A stretch of DNA of 64,000 nt from Hyaloraphidium curvatum SAG 235-1. Its lineage: Eukaryota > Fungi > Monoblepharomycota. Under the pieces are notes generated by a model. That model was not told the DNA's origin. It ran no database searches and saw nothing but the letters and a program-made list of their open reading frames with translations. Shown here in pieces: positions 44,726 through 55,845 of the stretch (position 1 is the first letter of the stretch; each line of letters starts with the position of its first letter). The position numbers and the translations under genes were made by a program. The DNA is taken from NCBI GenBank assembly GCA_025558095.1, contig JAIVFI010000019.1, positions 657,312 to 721,311 on the forward strand. The letters are read 5' to 3'.

Positions 44726-46288
44726 ATGGCTCGCCTCCGGACTTCCGTAGCGGTCCTTCTTGTGTCGGCTGCCGCGATCCTGTTGTCAGTTCGGCCGGCG
44801 GCATCCCAAGGCTTGGACTACACCGCGCCGCGGCCGCCCCTCCTCTACGCGAACGAATCCTCCCGCTTCTACTCGGGCATCGCGCAGGTCGACGGCCTGG
44901 GCCTCACATGCACCGGCTGGCTCGTGGCAGTGGGCTCGCCGAACGACCGCGCGACGATGCTCACCGCGGGACACTGCACGCGGGCGCTCGACGCTGTCAC
45001 GGTGTACGAGGACGTGCCGCCAAAGGACAACGCGACGGCGATCTTCCTGCGCTACATCGATTCGCCGGGCGAGTTCACTGTGGCCGTCGACCGCGTGCTG
45101 TGGGGCTCCATGCGGCACCAGGACGTGACCGTCCTAAGGTTGGCAGCGACCAACGCCGAACTCGCAGCCAAGGGCCTGCGGCTCTACAACCTATCCGGCG
45201 ACGTGTCTCTTGGGGGCACGGTCCGCACCGCCGGGCTGCCCGCGAGGGGGGATCCGCGCGTGCTGCGCGAGACGGTGTGCACGGCGGGGCCCATGGCGAG
45301 GATCAACGAGTGGTCGTGGATCTGGAACGAGGCCAGGAGGATCGGCGGGCCCGAGTGCGGCGGCGTGCTCCCCGGATCCTCGGGCTCGCCGCTTTTCAAC
45401 GCCGCCGGGCAGGCCGTGGGCGTCGTCTCGACGACGACCATCGGCGCCGAGTTCTGGTCGGCCTGCGGGAACGGCAACCCCTGCGAGCTGGTTTCCGGCA
45501 ACAGCAGCCAGTCGTACCTGCCCAACACGACCTACGCCATGGAGATTGCACCCCTGCTACCCTGCTTTGCCGGCGGTCGCTTCGACCGTGCCGCCGAGGG
45601 CTGCCCGCTCGAAGCCCCCTCGATGGCCGCCAAAGTCTCCGGCATCGAGGAGGTGCAGAACATAACTGTGTGGTACGTGCCCGCTGCCATCGATTCGACG
45701 GACGTCCAGCAGATGGCTTGGAAGCACGGCTTCCTCTCCAGCACGGACTGCCTTTCCCCTGACGGATACAACACCACCCTCCCCGTGGGCGAGCGCTACA
45801 ACACCACCCTCACCCCGGACGTCGAGGTCCGTTGGGTCGCCTGCGCCGCTCCCGTCGTCTCGGGCTCCCCCGCCCCAGGCAGCGCGGGTCACAAGATCAT
45901 CAAGATCGACCGCACCCCGCCCGTCATCCCGGTGCGGGCATCCATCACCCAAGCCGCCGACGGCACCGCGCGGGTCGAGCCGATCCAGGAGTCTCCCGAG
46001 CTGGAGAACTTCGAGGAGAAGCACGGGCCGGCCAACTCGACAGATTGCCGCGATCCAGCCGGGTTCAGGTCGACCTTCAGGCAGCCGTTCCCCGTCAAGG
46101 CGAGCGAGATGCCGGCGGTGGTATGCCTGCGGGGTTCGGACGTCGCGGGGAACGTGGGTGGCGTCACGCAGTACAATCTGACCTTGAACGGCACGACGAC
46201 GACCACGACGAGGCCGTCGGGGGCCGGCAAGGCGTCGGTGGGCGCGGGGTGGATCGCGTTCGCCGTGCTCCTCGCTGCAATAATGTAG
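44726..46288 (+). CDS. Trypsin-like (S1, bacterial-type) serine protease with predicted GPI anchor
   Basis: Intronless; signal peptide; CTG, LTAGHC, DVTVLRL, PGSSGSPLF; tail TTTTTTRPSGAG...WIAFAVLLAAIM. Confidence 0.88.
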   Translation: MARLRTSVAVLLVSAAAILLSVRPAASQGLDYTAPRPPLLYANESSRFYSGIAQVDGLGLTCTGWLVAVGSPNDRATMLTAGHCTRALDAVTVYEDVPPKDNATAIFLRYIDSPGEFTVAVDRVLWGSMRHQDVTVLRLAATNAELAAKGLRLYNLSGDVSLGGTVRTAGLPARGDPRVLRETVCTAGPMARINEWSWIWNEARRIGGPECGGVLPGSSGSPLFNAAGQAVGVVSTTTIGAEFWSACGNGNPCELVSGNSSQSYLPNTTYAMEIAPLLPCFAGGRFDRAAEGCPLEAPSMAAKVSGIEEVQNITVWYVPAAIDSTDVQQMAWKHGFLSSTDCLSPDGYNTTLPVGERYNTTLTPDVEVRWVACAAPVVSGSPAPGSAGHKIIKIDRTPPVIPVRASITQAADGTARVEPIQESPELENFEEKHGPANSTDCRDPAGFRSTFRQPFPVKASEMPAVVCLRGSDVAGNVGGVTQYNLTLNGTTTTTTRPSGAGKASVGAGWIAFAVLLAAIM

Positions 46289-46648
46289 TGCTCAAGCCGT
46301 TCTTGTTCTCGATCATCCGCGTACCCTCCTACGCCGTCCACAGCTCGTCGTTCTCGCGTTCCAACTCGGCGATCCGGGCGAGCAGCCGCGACCTCTCGTC
46401 CATCGAATCCGCGGATTCCTGACGCACGTCAGCAATCTCCTCCTCCAAAGCCAAGTTCCGCTCCCTGAGGCGGCCGAGTTCGCGCTCGAGGTCGGTGAGG
46501 CCGGGGCAGCCCCCGCCTCGGAGCTCCAGCAGCATTTTGGCCTCGAACTTACGAATCCTCTTCATCAGCTGGTGTTCCTGTTCAAAACGAATTGGTACAT
46601 CATCGAAAAGCAAAGATTCCGATCAAAAGATCCCGCCTAATGCCAAGC

Positions 46649-49348
46649 CTAGAGGAGGTTCACGATGCTGGCGACGTTCACCTCCAAGCGTTCCTTTTCC
46701 ACCCGCAGCCGCGCGTTCTCCGCCTCCATGTCCCTCGTGCGCGCCTCCGCAGCCTCAGCCCTTGCCCGCAGCTCCGCCATCTCCGCCTCCACTGGGGCCA
46801 TCCGCCTGGCAACCTCGCGCTCGACCTCCCTCTGCACGACCTCGCCGGCCCGCCACTGCCGCACCTCGTCCTCGAGCTCTCTGTAGCGCTTCTCCCTCTT
46901 GTACTCCCGGGTATCCTCGTCCACCAGCTCGTGGTATGCCAGCCGCAGCGGCTCCCGCACCATGCGCGTGAGCTCCCCGTCTCCGTGCTGCTCGACCGTC
47001 CTGAAAGCCTGCTGGATCCGGGCTCGGATCGGCTTCCTCGGCCAGCCGTACTCGTCGCCCGCGGGTCGCCGCTGGTGGGGCTCCAGCTCGGAACGCAACG
47101 GCTTTGCCGCCGGCTTGGGCACGGTGGAAACCTCGGCTGCGCGCTCGGGCTCCTGGGCGGCGGCCCGAGCTGCTCCCGAACCGCCCGAACCTGGCTCGGA
47201 GGGGACGGGGGTCGAGTCCCTCTCGTGCGGACTCGAGACGATCATGCGCGTGCCCGTGGAATGCGGCGTGCCGGGGTCGTCGCCGGCAATGGTGGGCTCT
47301 TCGCCAGTCGGGCTTTCCTCGCGCGCTTGGAGCTCCTCGATCGCCGCCTCCTCAACGGAACCTCGCCGACCGCGTCGACCACGACCACCGCCAAGGTCCA
47401 CGTTCCGTCCGGAATCTTGGTCACCCGAACGAGCGAGACCAACTTGGACATCCGGGCTCCGATCCGTGGTCCGGCGCTTGGCAGACGGCTCGTTGGGGAC
47501 GTCCTTCTCGGCGTCGGATGAGCTCAGGTTTTCGGGCCCTTCCGAAGGTTCTGCGGCACGCTTGCGGAGGCCAGACACCGGCTCCCCACTGCACAGTGCC
47601 TCCCACGATGCGTTCCCAAGCTGTCCGTTCCGCGAGCCCTTGCCGACACGCAGACCCGCAGCCTCGGGGGCGTCCAGCCGCACGTTGACCCCATCCAGGT
47701 GTGCCACGAGGATATCTGACGTGCGCCCGAGATCCGAAACCAGTGCGCCACATTCGGCGACTAGCGCCGCCCGCTCGGTGCCGGTTCCGATCGGGGCGTG
47801 GTCCTGGCCCACGGCTCCTTGCGATGCGGTAGCGGAAACCCGTCCGGGCGCGGGGGGTTCCGCGCGGGTCGCGGCGTGGTGGCGGGCGATGCCCGCGAGC
47901 GGCGCCCCCGGGCGGGTGAGAGGGGTCTGCGGCCCGGGAGATCCGCCGCCGCCGCCGTTCTCTCCGCTGGCGCTCCGGCCGCCGTCTTGGCTCCCCTTCT
48001 CGCGATCGCTGTCTGGCGGCTGAGAGTCCGGTTGCCGCGGCGGAGGAGGCGATTGCGTCTCCTTATCGTTCGCCACCTCTTCATCCTCGCTGTCAGTATC
48101 GTCCTCCTCATCGTCACCGTCATGCGAGTGCCACCTTGTCCGCCCAGCCGCACTCGCATCCTTCTTGTACCGAGAGATCGCCTTGGCCTGGTCGCGCAGC
48201 TTCCTCCGCTCCCCCCTGTTGCGGCTCGTGTTTGCCGCCCTCGCTGCAGCCTCCTCGGCCTCGTCGGCGCGCTTCCGCCGCGCGGCCGAGACGATGGCTG
48301 CCACCTTGGGCGAGGCGTGGAACAGCCCCTCGATGTCGGCCTCGTCGGCCAGCCGGCCCTCGGCGTCGCGCAGGTCCAGGTCCACGGCGTGGACGAGGCG
48401 GCGCTTGTGGGGCGGCCCATCCCAGTAGTGCATGTCCACGAGGGCCCGCACGACCCGCTCTCGGTCCCGGGCGCAGGCGTGGTGCAGCGCCGTCCGGCCG
48501 CAGACGTCGCGGGCGTTGGCATCGGCATACGGGAGCACCTTGACGAGGCGCTCGACGACGGAGCGGTGGCCGTTGGCTGCAGCGAGCATCAGGGGGGTGA
48601 CGCCCAGCGCGTCTGGCCTGGCGGCGCCGAGGGCCTTGCGGACGCCGGCGTCCTCGAGGTCCTCCTCGACGTCGCGCCCGGCCGCGCAGGCGCGGCGGAA
48701 CTGCGCCGGGAGCGACGGGCCGGACTCGGCCTCGGCCGCCGCCCTGCTCGGCAGGACCCACTTCCCCAGCTTCGCGACGTCGAAGCCCTCCTCCTTCAGG
48801 TCCTTAGCCAGATCCTTCTTGACCTTTTCCAGGGGCCGCTCGATGGTGTCCGCGTTGCCGCCGGCGGGGTCGCCGTCGGCGTCGACGAAGCCGAGCTTCG
48901 CCTCCATCCCCGGCGCCAGGCGGGCCTTGAACGCCTCCACGACACCGTCGTGCTCGTGCGCGGCCCCGAGGTACACCGCCGTGCGGCCCAGATGTGACCT
49001 CCTCGAGGGGTCGACGCGCGGGTCGTCCAGAAGCAAATCCACGGCACAGGCGTTGCCGTGCGCCGACGCGAGCATCAGCGGCGTCATCCCCGCCGGCGTC
49101 GTCCGCTCGGGATCAAACCGCGGGTCGCGCAGGAGCATTTTGACGCATTTGGCCGCGTCCTTTGCCTTCGACCGGCACGCGGCGGCGAACGCGTCAACTC
49201 CGTGCGCGTCGCGGTGCTCCGCCGCGTCGAGAGCCGGGTCGGCGAGCAGCGAACGCAGCACATCGGCGTCGCCCTTGGCCGCCGCATCGTAGATACGCGA
49301 GGCGAGGCTGCCCACCGGCGCGGACGACCGCCGCCCGCGTCCCGCCAT
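46649..49348 (-). CDS. Ankyrin-repeat protein with disordered centre and C-terminal coiled coil
   Basis: GMTPLMLASAHGN, GRTAVYLGA, GVTPLMLAAANGH, GRTALHHAC; heptad-rich C-terminus. Confidence 0.8.
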   Translation of the reverse strand: MAGRGRRSSAPVGSLASRIYDAAAKGDADVLRSLLADPALDAAEHRDAHGVDAFAAACRSKAKDAAKCVKMLLRDPRFDPERTTPAGMTPLMLASAHGNACAVDLLLDDPRVDPSRRSHLGRTAVYLGAAHEHDGVVEAFKARLAPGMEAKLGFVDADGDPAGGNADTIERPLEKVKKDLAKDLKEEGFDVAKLGKWVLPSRAAAEAESGPSLPAQFRRACAAGRDVEEDLEDAGVRKALGAARPDALGVTPLMLAAANGHRSVVERLVKVLPYADANARDVCGRTALHHACARDRERVVRALVDMHYWDGPPHKRRLVHAVDLDLRDAEGRLADEADIEGLFHASPKVAAIVSAARRKRADEAEEAAARAANTSRNRGERRKLRDQAKAISRYKKDASAAGRTRWHSHDGDDEEDDTDSEDEEVANDKETQSPPPPRQPDSQPPDSDREKGSQDGGRSASGENGGGGGSPGPQTPLTRPGAPLAGIARHHAATRAEPPAPGRVSATASQGAVGQDHAPIGTGTERAALVAECGALVSDLGRTSDILVAHLDGVNVRLDAPEAAGLRVGKGSRNGQLGNASWEALCSGEPVSGLRKRAAEPSEGPENLSSSDAEKDVPNEPSAKRRTTDRSPDVQVGLARSGDQDSGRNVDLGGGRGRRGRRGSVEEAAIEELQAREESPTGEEPTIAGDDPGTPHSTGTRMIVSSPHERDSTPVPSEPGSGGSGAARAAAQEPERAAEVSTVPKPAAKPLRSELEPHQRRPAGDEYGWPRKPIRARIQQAFRTVEQHGDGELTRMVREPLRLAYHELVDEDTREYKREKRYRELEDEVRQWRAGEVVQREVEREVARRMAPVEAEMAELRARAEAAEARTRDMEAENARLRVEKERLEVNVASIVNLL

Positions 49349-49476
49349 GCGGGCGTACGACCGGGAAGCCGCAAGGGATTGGGGCGTCCCTGCACCAGGA
49401 TTCACCTGGGCCATGGTGAATTGTCCTTTGCATAATCGTATCACTGCCGGAAACACTACAAGGATATCAACCTATT

Positions 49477-51361
49477 CTAGTTGAGCGCCTGTGGGGCCAG
49501 ACGCGAAGAGTATCCGGCCACAAGCTTCCGAAAATCATCCGCCATCGTTCGCAGCTCCCCGTTCTCGGCTTCCAGATTGGCAACTTGGGCCTGCAGCTGC
49601 ACCCTCTCCGCAGCCAGCTCGCCGGCACTCCGGCGCAGTGCCTCGTTGTCCGTCGCCAGCGCCGAAACCTTCTCCCCGAGCCGGCCGACCTCGCCTTCGA
49701 GATCAGCATGGTCCGGACGAGCCTCGCCGCGGAGCTCCCGCACCTCGGCCTCGAGCTTCCGGATCTTCTTCCGCAGCACGCACTCCAGCTGATCCTCCTT
49801 GCGCGTGGCCTCGATGATCTCGCGCAGCTGGGCCCGAAACGCCCGCCTTGATCGGGCGGCCTCCTCATCGCGGCCTGCTGCTTCCGACCCCGAGATGGCG
49901 TCCTCGTAATCCGTCCCCTCGCCATCGTGCTCCACCGAACCAGGACTGCCGGCTTCGACGTTCGGGCTCCTTTCCGTGGTCCGCCGCTTCCTTGGCGGCT
50001 CCTCACCGGGCTCGTCAGGGTCCGAGTCGGATGTGCCCAGGGTTCCGCTCCCTCCGAAAGGATCCGCGGCCCGCTTGCGGCGGCTCGACCGGGGCGATCC
50101 GCGTCACAACGCGTGCCCCGAAGCGCTTCCTTTTTGCCCGCTCCCCGAACCGTTCGTGACGAGGACGAGGGATTCAGAGCCTTCCGTCACCTTTTGCTCG
50201 CCGTGGTCACCTGCAGCCTGTGGCGCTGCGTCGTCCGCTGTTGGTGATCCGCGCGCCTCGATCAGAGCGGCCTCCGAGTCCGACGAGGTGGAGGAAGCCC
50301 GCCCGCGCCACACGTCGGTGCAAACGGCGGGGGTTTCGGACGGGTTGCCGGGCTCCGTCGGGCGGTCCGATCCGACGCCTTCGTCGCCGGAGTCTCCCTC
50401 GGCGTGGGAACTTCCCGCCCGGCTTCCCTCCTCGCGAGCTCCGAGCTGCGACGAGGTCCGCGAAGAAGACCCGTTTGAAGGCCAGCTCGCGGCGGCTCTG
50501 TCCTCGCTTGCGCTCTCCTCCTCGTCCTCCCCGTTTGCGCTGCCCTCACCGCGCAGATTCCTCGACGCCCCCCGCTGCTTGGGCCGCACGCCGGCCTTGA
50601 TCTGCTGGCGACGTCTTTGCCTGTCCCCCCTGGCATTCGACGTGGCCGCCTTGGCCGCCTCCTTTTCCGCCTCCTTTGCCCGGCACTCGCGTGCTTCCGC
50701 GACGATGACCGCAACCTCCAGCCCGGCGTGGAACAGCCCCTCGATGTTGGCGTTCTCGGGCATCCGTCCTTCCGCGTCCGCAATGTCCAGATCGACGGCG
50801 TAAACCGTGCGGATATTGCCCGGCCGGCCGGGGACGGCGAGCCAGTAGGTCGCGTCGACGAGCTCCTGCACGGCCGCGATCCTGTTCCGCGCGCAGGCAT
50901 GGTAGAGGGCCGTCCACCCGCGGACGTCGCGGGCGTTGGCCTCGTCCCAAAGGAGGATGTTGTTGGCCAGGTGCCGGACGACGAGGTGGTGCCCGTTGGC
51001 GGCTGCCAGCATGGAGAGCGTCACGCCGAGCGCGTCGGGCTTGGAGATGCCCAGGGGCTTGCGCAAGTCCACGATCGCGTCGTTGCCGAGCGCCGCGGCC
51101 AGCATCAGCGGCGTGATCCCCTCCGGCGTCGTCCGCCCCGGCGAAAACCGCCCGTCGTTCAGCAACAGCTTCACGCACTTGGCGGAGCCCTTTTTGCCCG
51201 CAGCGCACGCGGCCGCTAGCGCCATCGCTGTCGGCAAACAGGCCCGCCTCGGGGGACGCGTCGGCGAGCAGCATCCGCAGGGCATCGGCGTCGCCCATGG
51301 TCGCCGCATCGTAGATGCGCGAGCCTATGCTGCTCAAGGGCGCGGAGGACCGTCCTGCCAT
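49477..51361 (-). pseudogene. Pseudogenised tandem paralog of the ankyrin/coiled-coil gene
   Basis: Same N-terminus (SRIYDAA..GDAD); frameshift near 51220; ~130-codon internal deletion; in-frame TGA at 50104-50106 where the intact copy has TGC. The frame continues into 49477-49935. Confidence 0.8.
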
Positions 51362-51570
51362 CGGGGGGACGGACGGGCTCGAACAGGAAGGGATCGCGCG
51401 TGTTCGGATGCGACTGTCTTGTCCAGAGGCCTCCACAACAGGCAAGTATGCCTGGAAAGACGGCTCAGCTACGGATCCTTTCCCGATCCGTCACTCTCTC
51501 GCAAGTCCACCGTGTCCGACACGAATCAGCGCGCCGACCCTCTGCACCAGATCGCCAAGCGCCTCCGCCC

Positions 51571-52086
51571 TCAATGCTTCGCCTTCTTCGCCTTGGCGCC
51601 GCACTTGGCGCACCGCACATCGTCGAACGGGTTGCAGAAGCACAGGTTCCACCTTTCGGGGAGGCAAAAGGGAAGGATCAGCAGCGACCGCGCTCGGCGG
51701 GCAGAGGAACGAAACGAACGGGAAGAAGCAGCAGCAGGTGATCATGTCCATCGCGGTCCACTTGCCGGCCCAGTTGTGGGCGCAGTTCTGTTCTCGGGAA
51801 CGGCCGACGTCGGACGGATCCGCGCGAAACAGCCCGGGAAGCAGATCGGCGGTGTCGCGGGGGCACGTCAGTCAGCAGCCCCCCTTCGCCTCCTTCCGGC
51901 CGCGAAGCAACCCACGGGATCGCCCCCCTTGATTTTCCCGACTTTGGGCCCCGACGGCGCCGCCTGGAACGTCCCCGCGGGCACCGAGGTCGGGGGCGGT
52001 GGTGGCGGCGCGGCGTACACCGTGGCTGTCGGCGGCGTGGGCGGGGCGGCGTACGAGGCGGCGGGGGGCGAGGCGGGGGCGGACAT
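51571..52086 (-). CDS. Small Pro-rich, Cys-rich membrane protein (BRI3/LITAF-like)
   Basis: Pro-rich N-terminus; spliced CAH...MITCCCFFP|WNLCFC....RCAKCG; two introns. Confidence 0.6.
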
Positions 52087-52429
52087 GCTGCTGCGTCGGG
52101 TGCTGCTGTCGCGGTGAAGCTGTTTGCTTTTGCGATTCGGCGGCCGAGATTTCGGCCAGGTCCCTCAAGGGTCCGGCCGGCCGAGCGGCATCAGGGCGCC
52201 CTGGGATCCCGGTCCCGCCCCACGTGCTTTCCCGAGGCCGACTCCCGTTGGATCCGATAAGCCCCATGCGGAGAACCATCGGGACGACGGGCCGAGTGCC
52301 CCGATGCGGGCGCCGGGTGGCAGAGCCCTGCTTGGATGCTGCAGTCAGCGGATGGCGCCGCGGCCCCACAAGGACGCCCACTCCGACAATACGACAGCAT
52401 TATACTACACCCCGTCAATACATCTTGCA

Positions 52430-54251
52430 TCACTCCCTGGCTGCCGCCTCCCTCGACGCCGCCCTCCTCGCGCTCCTCCGCGGGGTCAACGGCGGCTCCA
52501 ACAGCGTCCCGTTGCCGGAGTGGCCGTTGGCCTTTGCTTCCACCGGCAGCAGGCGGGTCGCATCCTCGGCGGGGGAAACGGGGGAGGAGGGCGCGCCGTC
52601 GGATTTCTTGGCGGCCGCGGCGGCGCGGCGCTTCTTGATCTTCTCGATGTAGGTGCGCACGAAAAAGTCGACGAAGAGGAGGAGGTACGTCGAGAGGAGG
52701 CCCGAGCCGAAGAGGGCGGCAAAGTCGGTCGCTGCAGGGGGGGCGGGCGGTCAGCCCGTCCGTCGGCGCGGGCGGCACGCGGGCGCGACGCACCGGCGCA
52801 CGGTCCGTAGTTGGGCAGGGAGGGGTAGTAGTCATGGGCAAAGTGCGTGTAGGTGTTGAGGTAGCAGATGACGAGGTCGATGACGAACTGGGTGATCTGC
52901 AGCGTGGTGAGGTGCCGCTTCCACCAGATCTGCTCGCCGGGGAACATGTTCGTGCGGGCTGCGGGGACGTCCGATGAGCGGGGTTGGCGCGGGCGCGGCG
53001 CAAGGAGCGCACCGTAGTAGTAGTACATGATCACGTGGACAAAGAGGTTGAGGGTGATGACGACCCACTGCATGGCCACGCGGCCCTTGAGCTCGACGAA
53101 GCAGAGGATCATGGTCATGGAGTGGTGGTAGACGTGCAGGAACTCTGTCGGGGGCGATCGAGAGGGAGTGGGGCGGGGGGAGGGGAGGTGGGATAGAGGA
53201 AGGGCGACGGGAGGAGAGAACGCCGGGATCAGAAGCCGGTCCGAAGCGGCAAAAGTCGGCCGAGCCCACCGAGGTTCTTGCGCTTCAGCACGAGGAAGAC
53301 CGTGTCGCCGAGTTCCCACCACTTGACAAGGTAGTTGACTGCCGGACGGGGCGGGCGGTCAGTGAACTGATGAGAAAGCAGGAAGGCCCCATAATCAAGC
53401 CCGGGCCGGCAAAGTGGGCTAGCCGGGCACCCAAGGAGGCGCATACGATCCGGGCCCAACCGGAGACGGTGTAAAGGGGGTCGCTGGCCGGTTGAAGCCG
53501 GCCCCACCGGCCGGGATCACACCCGGTCTGGCGTTCCCCGAAGCGCCCCTCCAGGGACCCGGCTGGCCCCGTCCGCCTCCCCAAATCCCGTCCATGCCGG
53601 TCAACAGAGCACCCAGCATCCCCAGGAGGGCACCGTCGGGGAGCGGGACGCCCCAATGGAATGCCGCGGCCGCCCGGAGCGACTCGCCGGGAGGACCCGG
53701 GGAGCCCGCCACCCCGGTCCCCAGGGCGAGATCCGGCCCGCTCTCCCGCCCCCCGCGCTCTCCGGGCAACAAAATCGCGCCGCCCGGTAGCCGGCCCGGG
53801 ATCCGCGGGTGGCGGCGCCGAACCGTCGCCACCCGTGCCGAACCCCCGGTCCCTCGTCCCCCCTGATCCAGCTCAACTCACGGTAGTACCAGAACTCGAG
53901 CCCCTCGCCGAACGCGGCGGCCTCGCACATTGCGTGGTACACGCCCTTTGTCGCCAGCATGCCGCCGACGGTCCGCGCCATCTCGTAGAGCAGCAGCGCC
54001 GACACGGCGACGAGCGCCAGGTTGTGCGCCACGAACGCCGCGCGCAGCTTCAGCGGCTTGGCGTTGGTCGCGGTCATGTACGCCTGGATGCCGAAGATGA
54101 CGGCGAGGTACGCGGCGCACCCGGCGAGCACGGAAGGCCACGTCGAGAGCGGCGTCGCGCCCGGCACGAACTGGAACGTGGCCGGCGACGGGAGGCCATA
54201 GGCGGGCAGCACGCGGTCGAGAAACGGTGCAAGCGACGGCAGCGACGCCAT
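52430..54251 (-). CDS. ELO: GNS1/SUR4 (ELO) very-long-chain fatty acid elongase
   Basis: HNL, YY|LNYLVKWWELGDTVFLVLK, FLHVYHH, NLFVHVIMYYYY, TTLQITQF. First intron 53339-53881. Confidence 0.93.
53400..53800. repeat. Inverted-repeat-bounded structured segment inside ELO intron 1
   Basis: CCCGGGCCGGC (53400-53410) is the exact reverse complement of GCCGGCCCGGG (53790-53800), with several internal complementary pairs. Confidence 0.55.
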
Positions 54252-54841
54252 GGCGGGAGCGGCGAGGTGTGGGAGAGGTTTCTCTCGATGGAGAAATGGA
54301 CTTGGGCGCACCGCCCAGCCACGCGCCTCCCGGCCATGTGATTTCGGCTATTCGGCTGATCCTCCCCGAGCCGCCCCGCGCCGACATCGGACCGAACTGA
54401 ATGGCTTAAGCGGCTCCGATGCAGTCATGGTGCTCGACCTGGGGAAGGGTCGGGAGGTCGGGAGCAAGGAGCGCCATCCCAGTCCCCTCGACGGCCCGGA
54501 TGACACCGGAACCCCGCCGTGCCCCACATCGGCATCACGGCAGCGCCTACGTGTATGGATTTAGAGAGAACCGAATCGCCTCGGGTAAGGCCAGGCCCAC
54601 CGGCCTCTCGACCAGCGAGCGCCTCCGGCCCGCCCCGCCCCGTACCCCGCTTCCGCACTCACCAGCGAACCTCCATCGATGAATCCCGGTCAGCAATCTG
54701 CACGCGGCCCGCTCCGCCCCTTGGTCCCGTTGTCCGGCGTGCGGCGGTCATCGTCGCGCAACCGGCCGCCTTCCCTCCGCTGCACAGCAGCTCGATCCGC
54801 GCTCAGCACGCAACACCCTCACCTCCCTGCTCCTCCCCACA

Positions 54842-55737
54842 ATGCACACGCTCCCGCTCCTCCTCGCTCTCCTCCTCATCCTCCCGGCGGCGCGGGGCGA
54901 CCAGCTCTGCCTCACGAACCTCGGTGCGCGCTCCCGCCGCGCCGCATCGGAGCCGGGCTGACGCGCATTCGCGGGCAGAGAGGCAGAAAGCCGGGCTCAG
55001 GCCGTTGAGGGCCGACGCGAAGCTCGCGCAGGCGGCGCTGGCGCATTCGCAGGACCAGGACCGGGGGAACTTCATGTGTTCGTAGCGTGCCGCCCGGCCG
55101 GTCGTCGCGGGTTGGTGCGGCAGCTGATGGCGGAAGCCAGCGCACACGGGTTCGGACGGGAGCAACCTCAGGGATAGGGTCGAGAGGGCCGGGTTCACGG
55201 GGTGGAGGGCGATCGGGGAGAACGTCGCGTCGTGGGTGTTTCCGTCCCGGTCGGGGAGCGCGGGGCGAGACGGCGGCTGACGGGGACCAAAGAGGGCAGA
55301 GGACGGAGGAGCAGGTCATGCAGGATTGGATGAACTCGCCCGTGGGCTCGCGTCCCGGGAGCTGGCTCGCACGGGGCGCTGACGTTCCTCGGCAGGGTCA
55401 CCGCGCCAACATCCTCGGCGAGCAGTTCACCCTCTTCGGCTCGGGCCGCAGCGGCAACTCCTGGAGTCGGTCCCCTCCGGCTCTACTCCCGCCGTGCCGA
55501 TCTGACACAAATCGCTCGCCAGCCCAGGTGTTTGGCGCCACCTTCAACGACGACCCTTCCCCGCCCCCCGTGTGCCCGGACGGGAGCAGCGCGCCCGCCG
55601 CGACGACCGTCGCTACCGCGCCCACGACGACCGCCACGCCGAGGCCCAGCGGGGCGTCGGCTTCCGGGTCCTCCCACCTCGCGACTGCTTCGGCACTATT
55701 GGCATCGCTCATCTGCGCCTTCATCTATCGGCTGTAG
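54842..55737 (+). CDS. CAP/SCP (PR-1, YkwD-like) domain protein with predicted GPI anchor
   Basis: Signal peptide; ERQKAGL.PL..D.KL..AA..HS.D, HTGSDGS..DR, GENVA, WMNSP|GHRANIL; Thr-rich stalk and hydrophobic tail; five introns. Confidence 0.88.
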
Positions 55738-55845
55738 GTAACCTATATCGCTATCTTGCCACGAGGAAGCACCATGTACTTAGCAGGAACCCATATACCA
55801 CCCATATCTTGCCCCTTGGCCGCTCCAGCGCGCCGTCCGGGTCGG

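Noticed and set aside
50104-50106. Selenocysteine TGA at a Cys-homologous position
   Set aside because: It lies in a disordered region of a copy that also has a frameshift and a deletion; a simple nonsense mutation is more parsimonious.
53360-53400. CTGATGAG as a hammerhead core or C/D snoRNA box; GGAAGGCCCC as RNase MRP CR-I
   Set aside because: Both are antisense to the host gene, overlap the branch-point region, and lack the partner stems or boxes.
53339-53881. Telomerase RNA in the ELO intron
   Set aside because: No CCUAA/CUAACC template sequence is visible on either strand.
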